Shown one piece after another: positions 26,563 through 41,696 of a stretch of DNA of 64,000 bases. Made by a program: the position numbers and the translations under genes. The DNA lies in contig OZ024753.1 of NCBI GenBank assembly GCA_964016885.1, positions 10,788,001 to 10,852,000 on the forward strand, in the 5' to 3' direction. The DNA comes from Eledone cirrhosa. Lineage: Eukaryota. How positions within the stretch are numbered: the stretch's first letter is position 1; every line of letters begins with the position of its first letter. The notes under the pieces are model-generated. The model was not told where the DNA came from, did not search any database, and worked only from the letters and a program-made list of their open reading frames with translations.

Positions 26563-27680
26563 ATGTGTGTCATCAACCGTAGTAAGGAACTAACCAGTAC
26601 CTACATGCATGTGTGACGTCAACCGTAGTAAGGAACTAACCAGTACCTACATGCATGTGTGACGTCAACCGTAGTAAGGAACTAACCAGTACCTACATGC
26701 ATGTGTGACGTCAACCGTAGTAAGGAACTAACCAGTACCTACATGCATGTGTGACGTCAACCGTAGTAAGGAACTAACCAGTACCTACATGCATGTGTGA
26801 CGTCAACCGTGGCAAAGAGAGCTAACCAGTACCTACATACATGTGTGACGTCAACCGTGGCAAAGAGAGCTAACCAGCACCTACATGCATGTGTGACGTC
26901 AACCGTGGCAAAGGGAGCTAACCAGTACCTACATACATGTGTGACGTCAACCGTAGTAAGGAACTAACCAGTACCTACATACATGTGTGACGTCAACCGT
27001 AGTAAGGAACTAACCAGTACCTACATACATGCGTGACGTCAACCGTGGCAAAGAGAGCTAACCAGCACCTACATGCATGTGTGACGTCAACCGTGGCAAA
27101 GAGAGCTAACCAGTACCTACATGCATGTGTGACGTCAACCGTAGTAAGGAACTAACCAGTACCTACATGCATGTGTGACGTCAACCGTAGTAAGGAACTA
27201 ACCAGTACCTACATACATGTGTGACGTCAACCGTAGTAAGGAACTAACCAGTACCTACATACATGTGTGACGTCAACCGTGGCAAAGAGAGCTAACCAGT
27301 ACCTACATACATGCGTGACGTCAACCGTGGCAAAGAGAGCTAACCAGTACCTACATGCATGTGTGACGTCAACCGTAGTAAGGAACTAACCAGTACCTAC
27401 ATACATGTGTGACGTCAACCGTGGCAAAGAGAGCTAACCAGTACCTACATGCATGTGTGACGTCAACCGTAGTAAGGAACTAACCAGCAACTACATGCAT
27501 GTGTGACGTCAACCGTGGCAAAGGGAGCTAACAAGCACCTACATACATGTGTGACGTCGACCGTGGCAAAGAGAGCTAACCAGCACCTACATGCATGTGT
27601 GCTGCCAACCGTAGCACAGGGAGCTAGCCAGCACCTACATACATATGCGCTGCCAACCGTAGCAAAGGGAGCTAACCCAC
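26563..27680. repeat. 46/48-bp minisatellite, ~24 copies, most with TGACGTCA
   Basis: gtgtgacgtcaaccgtagtaaggaactaaccagtacctacatgcat and variant ...ccgtggcaaagagagctaacc... Confidence 0.95.
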
Positions 27681-28083
27681 CATCTATATTAAACCTATCG
27701 TAATAACTCCCCTACTTCACTTCACTTCACTTCACTTCACATACCATAACATTCACACACTGATACACAAACCCGCCACCACGAGTTATCACCACACCAC
27801 CCTTAATAACTACCATTGTAATACCACTCATGCTATTGTAACTGTTGTTACTGCTGCTATTGATGAAGGTGTGAAGCATTCTAAAGCAGCTTTTGTTACA
27901 CCAGAAGCAGCTAGCACTTACTATACTCTGCTTTTTGTATATCTTTTATTTTTATATTTTTTTGTATTGTTGAATTGGTTTTGTGCATTTCTGTGTATTT
28001 TTACTCAATCTTATTGCAAACCCCTACTGCCCCTGTCTTTGTATTGTCCCCTACATGCTGGCCCTTGTGGCCAATAAATGTCA

Positions 28084-28452
28084 ATTGGCAGTATCGGTAG
28101 AGGGTCGGACGCCATGCTTTCCAGCATAGTTACTTCCCTTCACGATCTGATTTCAAATCCCGCCGAGGTCAACTTTGCCTTTCATCCTTACGGGGTCGAT
28201 AAAATAAAGTACCAGTAATTCACTGGGATAATTGCTGGCCTTGTGCCAAAAAGTAGAAACAATTATTATGATTATGAAGGGCGAGGGGATTGGCAGTATC
28301 AGTAGAGGGTCAGGCAGCATACTTTCCAGCATAGAGTTACCACCCTTTATTTTCTGAGTTAGCTTTGCCTTTCATCCTTACAGGGTTGATAAAATAAAGT
28401 ACCAGTAATGCACTGGGTGATTGCTGGCCTTGTGCTAAAAGTAGTAACACTT
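28084..28452 (+). mobile_element. Two tandem copies of the same SINE
   Basis: Copies at ~28084-28265 and ~28288-28452. Confidence 0.8.
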
Positions 28453-28699
28453 ATTATGATTATGAAAACCCAACGCGGAAATACAAGGTTGTGGTGGTGG
28501 TGGTGGTGGTGGTGGTGATACAGACAGTCAGACAGTCAGACAGAGAGACAGAGAGACAGAGAGACAGTCAGACAGACAGACAGACAGTCAGTCAGTCAGT
28601 CAGTCAGGCAGGCAGGCAGTCAGACAGAGAGGTCTGCCAGTCTCCCTTTCCTTGTTTCCTGAAGTCTTCACCACTGGCTAGACTAAGAGAAATGTTGGA

Positions 28700-29580
28700 G
28701 GTGGTGGTGTGGTGGCGGTGGTGGTGGTGGTAGTGATAATGGTGGTGGTGGTGGTGGTGGTGGTGGTGGTGGTGGTGGTGGTGGTGGTAGTGATAATGGT
28801 GGTGGTGGTGGTGGTGGTGGTGGTGGTGGTGGTGGTGGTAGTGATAATGGTGGTGGTGGTGGTGGTGGTGGTGGTGGTGGTGGTGGTGGTAGTGATAATG
28901 GTGGTGGTGGTGTGGTGGTGGTGGTGGTGGTGGTGGTAGTGATAATGGTGGTGGTGGTGGTGGTGGTGGTGGTGGTGGTGGTGGCGGTGGTGGTGGTAGT
29001 GATGATGGTGGTGGTAGAGATATTGGTGGTGGTGGTGGTGTTGGTGGCAGTGATGATGGTGGTGGTGGGGTAGATGTAGTGGTGGTGGTGGTAGAGATAT
29101 TGGTGGTGGTGTTGGTGGTGGTGTTGGTGGTAGTGATGATGGTGGTGGTGGTGGGGGTAGAGGTGGTGGTGGTGGTAGAGATATTGGTGGTGGTGGTGGT
29201 GGCGGTGGTGGTGGTAGTGATGATGGTGGTGGTAGAGATATTGGTGGTGGTGGTGGTGATAGTGATGATGGTGGTGGGGGTAGAGGTGGTGGTGGTGGTA
29301 GAGATATTGGTGGTGGTGGTGGTGGTGGCGGTGGTGGTGGTAGTGATGATGGTGGTGGTGGTGGGGGTAGAGGTGGTGGTGGTGGTAGAGATATTGGTGG
29401 TGGTGGTGGTGGTGGCGGTGGTGGTGGTAGTGATGATGGTGGTGGTAGAGATATTGGTGGTGGTGGTGGTAGTGATGATGGTGGTAGAGGTGGTGTTGGT
29501 GGTAGTGATGATGATGGTGGCGTTGGTGGTAGTGATGATGGTAGTGGTGGTGGTAGAGGTGGTGGTGGTGGTGTGTGGTG
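28700..29580. repeat. Compound (GGT)n repeat
   Basis: Direct; similar arrays at 32320-33050 (ACC on +), 45150-46440 and 56160-56530. Confidence 0.9.
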
Positions 29581-29732
29581 GGGTTCGTGAATATGTGCAT
29601 TTATGTGCACGTGTCTGTCTGTCTGTCTGTGTGCATTTGTATGCATGTCTGTGCATGTGATAGAAAAGGAGAATATAAATAAATGTGAATGAACATATAT
29701 GAAGGTATATAGAAGGAATGGTAGAATGTGTA

Positions 29733-29854
<122 letters not shown>

Positions 29855-29906
29855 AATATATATATTATATATATTATTATATATATATATATATTATATA
29901 TATTAT

Positions 29907-29938
<32 letters not shown>

Positions 29939-30001
29939 ATATATATTATATATATATATTATATATATATATTATATATATATATAATATATATATATTA
30001 T

Positions 30002-30074
<73 letters not shown>

Positions 30075-30421
30075 TTACACGAATGTATGTATTATATGTT
30101 TGTGTATATAGATATGTATGCTGTTGTATAATATTATACATGCAGGAGTAGTAGAAGTAAACGTGGTAAGGTGTTAAATGGTAAAGAGTTGGCTGAAGTA
30201 TTGAAGAGACGAAGTAGCAATACTTCTGGACATTCCCCTCATCAGCGGCCATTGCTGTGTTTCATACACACGATATAACTAACACATACCGACATGTATA
30301 GTCAACTAACACTCTATATATACATATATACACATTTATACAGCATCTATATATACACATACACACGTACACACACATAGGCACACATCGACATGCGTCA
30401 AAGCATTCGTGTTCACCCATA

Positions 30422-30452
<31 letters not shown>

Positions 30453-30539
30453 TTATATCTATTCATAAATTAACATTCATATATACATATATGTATATGT
30501 ATTATATATATATAGACTCGTTCACATGTATATATCTAT

Positions 30540-30581
<42 letters not shown>

Positions 30582-30769
30582 TATATATATATGTGTGCAC
30601 ATAATATATATGCTTACATACACATAAATATATACATACTGACATGCATACATACACACATATATGCTTACATATACATTTTGACATGTATACACCCATA
30701 TATATATATATATATATATATATGCATGTCAGTATGTATATATTCATGTGCATGTAAGTATATATATTA

Positions 30770-30808
<39 letters not shown>

Positions 30809-30994
30809 GTATATATGTGTGTGAGTATATATATATGCTTACATATATATACATCCATATGACATGCATATACATACATGTATACACATACACACACATA
30901 TATATATACATATTTGCGTATATGTGTATGAGTATGCATATATATATAAATATATGTATATATATGTATATATATAAATATATGTATATATATG

Positions 30995-31172
<178 letters not shown>

Positions 31173-31184
31173 TGTATAAATATG

Positions 31185-31227
<43 letters not shown>

Positions 31228-31499
31228 TGTATAAATATATATATATATATATACACACACACACCAACAACAAAAACAAAACGTTAATTGAATTCCACAC
31301 ATTTTTCAGAATGTGCTGAATCATCAGTAGACTGTAAACTGTGACAGAGACGACAACAACAACAACAACAACAACAACTACAACAACAACAACAAATACA
31401 ACAACAATAACTAAAAACAACAACTACAATAATAACTACTACAACAATAACTACAGCAACTGCGGCAACAAGAACAATCGTGTATATAATAATAACAGT

Positions 31500-32260
31500 G
31501 GTGGCAGCAGCAGCAGTAGCAGCAGAAACTGGCTGCAGCAGCACCATCAGCAGCAGAAACTAGCTGCAGCAGCACCATCAGCAGCAGAAATTGGCTGCAG
31601 CAGCACCACCAGCAGCACTATCAGCAGCAGAAACTGGCTGCAGCAGCACCACCAGTAGCATAAAATGGCTGCAGCAGCACCGTCAGCAGCAGAAACTGGC
31701 AGCAGCAGCACCATCAGTAGCATCAAATGGCTGCAGCAGCACCACCAGCAAGCAGCAGAAACTGGCTGCAGCAGCACCATCAACAGCAGAAACTGGTTGC
31801 AGCAGCAAGATCAGCAGCATAAAATGCCTGCAGCAACACCATCAGCAGCAGAAACTGGCTGCAGCAGCACCACCAGTAGCATCAAATGGCTGCAGCAGCA
31901 CCATCAGCAGCAGAAACTGGCTGCAGCAGCACCATCAGCCGAAGAAACTGGCTGCAGCAGCACCATCAGCAGCAGCAGAAACTGGTTGCAGCAGCAAGAT
32001 CAGCAGCAGAAACTGGCTGCAGTGGCAACCGCACCAGCACCAGCAGAAGAAGCAGCAAAAGGTGGTGGCAGCAGCAGAAGAAACTTGCGGCAGTGCCAGC
32101 AGCACCACCAGCAGCACCAGCAGCACCAGCATCAGCAGCAGCAGCAGAAACTGACAGCAGCGCCAACAGTGGCGCCAGCACCACCAGAAGCAGCAGCAGC
32201 ATCAGCACCTGCAGCAGTACCCCAAGGAGAAACTGACAGCAGCGCCAACAGCAGCAGTAA
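31500..32260. repeat. CAG-rich ~31-bp minisatellite
   Basis: cagcagcagaaactggctgcagcagcaccat. Confidence 0.85.
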
Positions 32261-33128
32261 TGGAAGCAATAAAATGGTAACAACACCACCAATTATTTTC
32301 TTTATCTTCTTCCATTAAAACCACTACTACCACCACTACCACTACCAACATTCCACTACTACCACCACTACCACTACCACCACTACTACCACCACTACCA
32401 CCACCACCACCAACATTCCACTACTACCACCACTACCACTACCACCACTACTACCACCACTACCACTACCACTACCACCACTACCACTACCACTACTACT
32501 ACCACCACTACCACCACCACCAACACTACCACCACCATCTCCACCTCTACCACTACCAACATTCCACTACTACCACTACCACCACTACTACCACCACTAC
32601 CACCACCACCACTACCACTACTACTACCACCACCAACACTACCACCACCATCTCCACCTCTACTACCACCACCAACACTACCACCACCACCACCTCCACT
32701 ACCACCGCCACTACCACCACCACTACCACCACTACCACCACTACCACCACCACTACCACCACCACCACTACCACCGCCACTACCACCACTACCACACTAC
32801 CACCACCACCACTATCACTATCACCATCACCACTACCGCCACCACTACCGCCATCACCCCCACAATTACCATCACCACATCCATCACCACCACCATCACC
32901 ATCACCACCACCACCACCATCACCAAACATCACCATCACCAACATCACCAACATCATTAACTACATCACGACCACAACTGCTGTTGCTGCTACTGTCCCC
33001 ATTGTCGTCACCACCACCACCAACACCACCACCACCACCATCATCATAATTACAACCATGTCCTCCATATGCTCATCTCTACTATAACCAATGACAACCT
33101 CTCTATGGCCCTTAACAACGATGGCAGC

Positions 33129-33166
<38 letters not shown>

Positions 33167-33261
33167 TGGCGAGCCCTGCACTTCCTGGTTGCATTATTCA
33201 CTATACCTCTTAGATATAGCAAAGAAATATCTTATCAATCACATCCTACCTTCTTTCTATA

Positions 33262-33840
33262 ATAATTGTTTCTACTTTAGGCACAAGGCCAGCAACCAAC
33301 CAGTGTATTACTGGTACTTTATTTTATCGACCCCGTAAGGATGTAAGGCAAAGTTAACCTCGGCGGGATTTGAACTCAGATCGTAAAGGGACGTAACTAT
33401 GCTGGAAAGCATGGCGTCCGACCCTCTACCGATACTGCCAATCCATTCTTTCTATAATAATAATAATTGTTTCTACTTTTGGCACAAGGCCAGCAATTAT
33501 CCCAGTGTATTACTGGTACTTTATTTTATTGACCCCGTAAGGATATAATAATAATAATAATAATAATTGTTTCTACTTTTGGCACAAGGCCAGCAATTAT
33601 CCCAGTGTATTACTGGTACTTTATTTTATCGACCCCGTAAGGATATAATAATAATAATTGTTTCGACTTTTTGCACAAGGCCAGCAATTATGCCAGTGTA
33701 TTACTGGTACTTTATTTTATCGACCCCGTAAGGATGAAAAGCAAAGTTAACCTCGGCGGGATTTGAACTCAAACCGTAAAGGGACGTAACTGTACTGCAA
33801 AGCATGGCGTCCGACCCTCTACCGATACTGCCAATCCACC
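33262..33840 (-). mobile_element. SINE cluster: two full copies flanking two ~80-bp 3'-end fragments
   Basis: Units separated by (aat)n tails. Confidence 0.8.
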
Positions 33841-33844
33841 AATA

Positions 33845-34917
33845 ATAATGAAAATATTGTGTACAATGCTCAGGTGCACTACAACTCATCAAAAAGTGTA
33901 TGTATAGTACATAGGGTAATGTACAAATGTCAGGAAAATGAACAGTGCATGAGTCATGATATACACATGTGTGCATGTGTATGGAAGGGGGACATCAGGT
34001 GTAGTTTTGGCGAATTTCGGGAAGCATGAGGTTTTTAAAGGATGCAGTGTCTCGACAGCTAACAACTGATGCAGGCAGTTTGTTCCATGGAGGTTTTAAA
34101 GGATGCAGTGTCTCGACAGCTAACAACTGACGCAGGCTGTTTGTTCCATGGAGGTTTTAAAGGATGCAGTGTCTCGACAGCTAACAACTGACGCAGGCTG
34201 TTTGTTCCATGGAGGTTTTAAAGGATGCAGTGTTTCGACAGCTAACAACTGACGCAGGCTGTTTGTTCCATGGAGGTTTTAAAGGATGCAGTGTCTCGAC
34301 AGCTAACAACTGACGCAGGCTGTTTGTTCCATGGAGGTTTTAAAGGATGCAGTGTCTCGGCAGCTAACAACTGACGCAGGCTGTTTGTTCCATGGAGGTT
34401 TTAAAGGATGCAGTGTGTCGACAGCTAACAACTGACGCAGGCAGTTTGTTCCATGGAGGTTTTAAAGGATGCAGTGTCTCGACAGCTAACAACTGACGCA
34501 CGCAGTTTGTTCCATGGAGGTTTTAAAGGATGCAGTGTCTCGACAGCTAACAACTGACGCACGCAGTTTGTTCCATGGAGGTTTTAAAGGATGCAGTGTC
34601 TCGACAGCTAACAACTGATGCAGGCTGTTTGTTCCATGGAGGTTTTAAAGGATGCAGTGTCTCGACAGCTAACAACTGACGCAGGCAGTTTGTTCCATGG
34701 AGGTTTTAAAGGATGCAGTGTCTCGGCAGCTAACAACTGACGCAGGCAATTTGTTCCATGGAGGTTTTAAAGGATGCAGTGTCTCGACAGCTAACAACTG
34801 ACGCAGGCAGTTTGTTCCATGCTTCAGCAACTCTGAGCTTGAAAAAATGTTTCCGAAAGTCATGGGAGCTGTGCTGTTTTCTGATTTTGTAGGTATGTCC
34901 ACGTGTGTTAGACACAT
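33845..34917 (-). mobile_element. CR1/L2-group LINE 3' end with a 61-bp ORF2 segment amplified ~13 times (34028-34820)
   Basis: TRGHTYKIRKQHSSHDFRKHFFKLRVAEAWNKLPASVV...FK is the canonical CR1 ORF2 C-terminus; 3' UTR ends in (att)n. Confidence 0.85.
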
Positions 34918-35439
34918 GGAGATCAAAAAGTGCATCTCCCTTATCAATCTCCGGGGAAACACCTTCTCCATTCTGTCCGCCGGGGAGGTGGGGAGGCCAG
35001 CACGTGGGACCCTATTTGCTCACCATACAGAGAGATGGGGAGGGCGAGAGAGAATAACTAAAATGGGCTACGATTAAACAGAAGATGAATGAAAAGGCAA
35101 CACTTGAATAAGGAGGAATATAAATAGGAAAAAGAGAGCAAAATAAAAATGCGGAGAATCAAACAAACGTTGATTTAGTTCTGGGGAGAGTTTGTCAGAC
35201 TTAAATGATATCAACAATAGAAATATCCATATTATCAACAATAGAAATATCCATAATATCAACAATAGAAATATCCATATCAACAATAGAAATATCCATA
35301 TTATTCAAGATTTTCCACTGTTCTAAATAAGTCAACAATACTTTTTTTAGAAGAAAATGTACTGCGTAATTCCTATGGACCCATGAATGGATTTAATCCT
35401 GATTTAATCCAAACAATGTTCCTCAGTGCGTCCCACCGA

Positions 35440-35695
35440 CATGGGGAAACACCTTCTCCATTCTGTCCGCCGGGGCAGTGGAGAGGCTGCACGTGGGACC
35501 CCATTTGCTCATAACACAGAGAGATGGGGGGAGAGCGAGAGGGATGGAGGCCATGACAGTGGGAGTTCGGCTCTTCTGTGTTTGGACCTGGTGTACATGT
35601 GAGATGAGGAGGGCGAGAGAGATGGAGGCGATGACAGTGGGAGTTGGGCTCTTCCACGTGCGGACCATATCCTTGTGGTTGTGTTTATCATCTAT
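35440..35695 (+). mobile_element. CRE-clade LINE 3' end (shorter copy at ~34919-35050)
   Basis: ggggaaacaccttctccattctgtccgcc...atccttgtggttgtgtt terminus shared with the 2437 copy. Confidence 0.65.
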
Positions 35696-35777
35696 ATAGA
35701 AAATGATTTATATCATTATCTACTCCCTGATTACCAATATAGGCAGTAAATAACTTATGTTTCGTTAATGTTTTAAA

Positions 35778-35950
35778 TACAGTATTTCCCGGCGCCGAAG
35801 ACGCTTCGTCCTCGAGGACGCACCCTAATTTTGACAACCAAAAATTTTAAAATAAAATAATAAACAACCTTCGGCCTCCAGGACGCATGGTAGATTTTTG
35901 AGACTTATTTTAGGAAAAAAGTAGCGTCTTCAACGCCGGGAAATACGGTA
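35778..35950 (+). mobile_element. MITE family A
   Basis: tacagtatttcccggcgccgaagacgc...gccgggaaatacggta. Confidence 0.85.
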
Positions 35951-36114
35951 ATGATTTTAGGAATATTTATCTGCTATTTCTAACAGGTCAAAGATTTTGT
36001 GTATTTCATCAGTTAAAAACAATAAATGTTTCCATGAATAATAAAATTAAAGGTTAAAAAATATATATACCCAGAAAACAAGAAATTATGAAACTCACAA
36101 AATATTCACACGAC

Positions 36115-36350
36115 TGTGTTTTTAAGAAATTCGCGTCAATTTTGATTGATTCTAGGCTCAAACATGGTTGTGTTTTAAGAAATTGAATTCAATTTTGATT
36201 GATCCCAGGCTCAAACATGGTTATATTCTTAAGAAATTGAATTAATTCAATTTTGATTGATTCCAGGCTCAAACATGGTTATGTTCTTAAGAAATTTAAT
36301 TCAATTTTGATTGATTCCAGGCTCAAACATGGTTATGTTCTTAAGAAATT
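36115..36350. repeat. ~55-bp tandem repeat x4
   Basis: ttaagaaatt...caattttgattgattccaggctcaaacatggtt. Confidence 0.8.
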
Positions 36351-36801
36351 CGCAACGCGCCAGTTTGGTTTCAGGTTTGATCCTATTACCTTGCGCCCTG
36401 GTCAAATACATTTCCCCATAACCCCGACAAAAGCCTAATGAATGGAATTACGTAGAGAAAAAACTATTGGAAGACGATCAGGGTGATCGTTTACATTTTT
36501 ACATTTTAAAACAAACTTAAGTTATAACCAAGTTTAACAGCCCTAGCACGTCCTTAGGGATTTATAAAATCCCTTAAAAGTGACAGGTTGTGAAATATAA
36601 TCCCTGCTCTATAGTAACACTGAATGGTTCTGTTATGGCTCTAAAACTGCATCATAAATCTGTTCCATTAAATTAGAACTGAAGCTATACGACAATAACA
36701 AAAACAATAAGAGCTTATGACTAAAATTTCTTTAAAATTTGCATCCTATGATGAAATATTTATAGATATTGAGACTCGTTTATAAACACACACACACCTC
36801 C

Positions 36802-36892
<91 letters not shown>

Positions 36893-38077
36893 ATATGCAC
36901 ATATACACACTATCATATAATCACCGTCATATACACACTATCATATATATACGGTCATATACACACTATCATATATACACAGTGATATATATATATATAC
37001 ACCATATCACATACACACTGTCATATATACACCGTCATATATACACCAACAGATGCACCGTCATATACACACTATCACATACACACCATCATATATACAC
37101 CATCATATACACAAACATATATACATTGTCATATATACACCAACATATGCACCGTCATATACACACTATCACATACACACCATCATATATACACAATCAT
37201 ATACACACGATTACATACACACCAACATATATATACACTATTATATATACACCAAGATATGCACCATCATATACACACCATAATATAGACATGGGTATAT
37301 ATACACTATCATATACACACCAATATATATACACCATAATATAGACATGGGTATATATACACTATCATATACACCAATATATATATATATACTGTCATAT
37401 ACACACGTCATATATACACTATCATATATACACCAACATCTACGCACCAATATATATACACCATAATATAGACATGGGTATATATATACTATCATATACA
37501 CACGGTCATATATACACCAACATCTACACACCATCATATACACACCGTCATATACACACGGTCATATATACACCAACATCTACACACCGTCATATATACA
37601 CCAACATCTACACACCGTCATATATACACCAACATCTACACACCATCATATACACACCGTCATATACACACGGTCATATATACACCAACATCTACACACC
37701 GTCATATATACACCAACATCTACACACTGTCATATATACACCAACATCTACACACCATCATATACACACCGTCATATACACACGGTCATATATAAACCAA
37801 CATCTTCACACCGTCATATATACACCAACATCTACACACCATCATATACACACCGTCCTATACACACGGTCATATATACACCAACATCTACACACCAATA
37901 TATATACACCATAATATAGACATGGGTATATATAAATGTGCATTCCGCAAATATTTACAAATGTAATGAGACACAAGGAAAATAATACATGAGGGTGTGA
38001 CTGTGTAATGTACACGTGTTGTCTGTGTGTGAGTGTGTGGACTGTGTGAGTGTGTGTGTGTGCAGTTTGTGTGTGTG

Positions 38078-38156
<79 letters not shown>

Positions 38157-38694
38157 GTGTGTGTGTGCAGTTTGTGTGTGATTGTGAAGTGTAGGTGTGT
38201 GTGTAAAGTGTATGTGTGTGCGTGAAGTTTATGTGTGTGCAGTCTGTGTGTGAGTGTGAAGAGTGTGTGAGTGTGAAGTGTAGTTGTGTGTATGTGTGTG
38301 CAATTCGTGTTGTGTGTGCAGTTTGTGTGTTGTGTGTCTGTGTGTTGTGTGTGTAGAGAGAAAATGCATGCTATGATACTTTAAAATGCTTCATACATAA
38401 AGTGTGTGATACATTATTTGCTGTATGTGTGTTTATGTAGAACACAAACATACAGAAGGACAACTTAAACAAACACACGTTTGTTCATTTGGTATTTATG
38501 GATATTTATGCAAAAAAACAACAACAACAACAACAATAATAAACAATAACAATATAAATAAACTATAAAAATAAAATAAAAATGTTTTGAACAAAACGCA
38601 AAAAAAAAAAAACACCGTCGGAAATATTATACATGTAAATATACTTAGAGCTGTTTTCAACATGATAAATTTGAATCAAGTTCTCTCGTGAAAA

Positions 38695-39150
38695 CTAATA
38701 GGAAAAGTATGGCGGCCATTTTGTACGGTCTAATCTCATTGTTATCTATAACACTACTAGAAAAAGTATGGCGGTATTGTGTACGGTCTAATCTCATTGT
38801 TATCTATAACACTACTAGAAAAAGTATAGCGGTATTTTGTACGGTCTAGTCTCATTGTTATCTATAACACTACTAGGAAAAGTATGGCGGCCATTTTGTA
38901 CGGTCTAATCTCATTGTTATCTATAACACTACTAGAAAAAGTATGGCGGTATTTTGTACGGTCTAATCTCATTGTTATCTATAACACTACTAGAAAAAAG
39001 TATGGCGGTATTTTGTACGGTCTAATCTCATTGTTATCTATAACACTACTAGAAAAAGTATGGCGGCCATTTTGTACGGTCTAATCTCATTGTTATCTAT
39101 AACACTACTAGAAAAAGTATGGCGGTATTTTGTACGGTCTAATCTCATTG
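38695..39150. repeat. 58-59 bp tandem repeat, ~8 copies
   Basis: aaaagtatggcggtattttgtacggtctaatctcattgttatctataacactactag. Confidence 0.9.
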
Positions 39151-39769
39151 TCTGGCGTTTAAAAGGTTTTAGCTGAGTCAATTCTGTTTCATGAATTCAG
39201 ACTAAACTTCCAACACGTGGATATCTTCCTCCCATCATTCAAGGTGATGATAAAGAACGCCATGGACGCGCTCGTTGTTCCTTTAATCAAGGCATTAATG
39301 TCACCCAATCATCAAAACCACTCATCTAACCCGTTTTAAAATAATCATTAGATGAACACAACGTAGAAAATGTAACGAGAATTCTCGTGAGATTCTAATT
39401 CTTTTAAAATCTAAAGTCAAAAGTATGAATGCTTGTAATTTGCTTTTTACTGTTACATACAAGCAATACATTTATATTTTGTGGACGTATCATTGATAAA
39501 TGGTTAAGAAGTTAGCTTCGCAATAACCAGGGCCCAGTAATTGTACCTGTAATTGAAGGGACCAGTCTTGTCAAACGCTGTGTCTCACTAAATATCCCTG
39601 AGGCTTAGGTTAAAGGTGAACCCGTCTGACGTAATTTCAGCCACTTACATGTTAGTTTCACAAGCAGGCAGTTCCGTTATTGAATCAACTGCTGCACTCC
39701 TCATTGAAAACGACGGAGGGCCTCCATGTTATATTATGTTATGTATATACGTAAATGTTTATATATATA

Positions 39770-40146
39770 TAATTGTTTCTATTTTTGGCACGAGGCCAGC
39801 AATTACCCCAGTGCATTACTGGTACTTTATTTTATCGAACCCGAGAGGATGAAAGGTAAAGTTAACCTCGGCGGGATTTGAACTCAGAACGTAAAGGGCC
39901 GTAACTATATGCATAATGTCTGTATATATAAGCTATGTATGTATAAGGTATGTATGTATATAATTTTCTACTTTTGGCACAAGGCCAGCAATTACTCCAG
40001 TACATTACTGGTACTTTATTTATCGACCTCGTAAGGATGAAAGGCAATGTTAACCTCGGGATTTGAACTCAGAACGTAAAGGGTTATAACTCAATGCTGC
40101 AAAGCATGGTGTCTGACGCTCTACCGATACTGCCAATCCACCGCCC
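39770..40146 (-). mobile_element. Two copies of the same SINE
   Basis: ~39770-39905 and ~39961-40146. Confidence 0.75.
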
Positions 40147-41142
40147 TTTATGTATATATAATGTATATATGTATTAGCTATATATGTATAATATCTGTAT
40201 ATATATATATAAGGTATGTATATATAAGCTATGTATAATTTATATATGTATATCTGTATTTATAAGGTATGTATGTATAATGTCTATGTATAATCTCTGT
40301 AAATATATAATGTATATATATATATATAAGGTATATATGTATAATGTCTGTATATATATAAGATATGTATGTATAAGGTATGTATATATGTAAGTATAAT
40401 GTGTCTGTCTGTATGTATTTATAAGGTGTATATATATTATAAGGTGTATATGTATGTATATATAAGGTGTATATATATTATATATGAGGTATATATGTAT
40501 GTATATATAAGGTGTATATATATTATATATGAGGTATATATGTATGTATATATAAGGTGTATATATATATTATATATGAGGTATATATGTATATATAAGG
40601 TGTATATATATTATATATGAGGTATATATGTATGTATATATAAGGTGTATATATATATTATATATGAGGTATATATGTATGTATATATAAGGTGTATATA
40701 TATTATATATGAGGTATATATGTATGTATATATAAGGTGTATATATATTATATATGAGGTATATATGTATGTATATATAAGGTGTATATATATTATATAT
40801 GAGGTATACATTTATGTATATATAAGATGTATATATATTATATATAAGGTATATATGTAGGTATGTACTAATATATTGTGTTTATTTTATTCGAGTTCTA
40901 TATATCTGCTTAGAATTAAAGGTACCACATGGTAAAAGTACCACATGGTAAAAGTACCACATGGTAACTATTGAGGTTTATCTCAGCATCTTAAATGTTG
41001 CGATGAGGTTCTTCTTTGGAGGTAATTGTAAACAGTGACATGACATAGTGTATTCTGGTAGAGGTGGGAAGAGGGGGCTGGGTACTGACATTGTGAGTGT
41101 TTGTTGTTGTTGTTGTAGTTGCTATTGTTGTTGTTGTTATTA

Positions 41143-41695
41143 AGGGTGGTGGATTGGCAGTATTGGTAGAGGGTCGGACGGCATGCTTTGCAACAAAGAG
41201 TTACGGCCCTTTATGGTCTGAGTTCAAATCCCGCCGAGGTTAACTTTGCCTTCATCTTTACGGGGTCGATTAAATAAAGTACCAGTAATACACTGAGATA
41301 ATTGCTGGCCTTGTGCCAAAGGTAGAAACAGTTATTATTTTTGGTGTTTGCAGCATAGAATTATGGCCCTTTATGGTCTGTGTGCAAATCCCGCCGAGGT
41401 TAGCTTTGCTTTTTATCCCTACGGGGTCGATAAAACAAAATACCAGTAACATACTGGAGTCGATATAATCGATTTCCCCTTCCCCCTAAAATTGTTGTTG
41501 TGCCTAAATCACAAACCATTATTTTTTTGTTGAGGGTCAGACGCTATGTTTTGCAGCATAGTGTTACGCCCCTTTACGGTCGAAGTTCAAATCCCGTCGA
41601 GGTTAACTTTGCCTTTCATCCTTACCAGGTCGATAAAATAAAGTACCAGTAATGAACTGGGTAATTGCTGGCCTTGTGCCAAAATTAGAAACAAT
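41143..41695 (+). mobile_element. Three tandem copies of the same SINE
   Basis: ~41143-41335, ~41350-41520, ~41530-41695. Confidence 0.75.
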
Positions 41696-41696
41696 A

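Noticed and set aside
21277-27680. CRISPR-like regular repeats
   Set aside because: Head-to-tail units without unique spacers, eukaryotic context, no cas genes.
30140-30260. GKELAEVLKRR, reminiscent of an RTE endonuclease N-terminus
   Set aside because: Too short and flanking motifs absent.
31341-32318. PolyQ/Ala-rich ORFs
   Set aside because: 31-bp unit cycles through frames; no splice or domain support.
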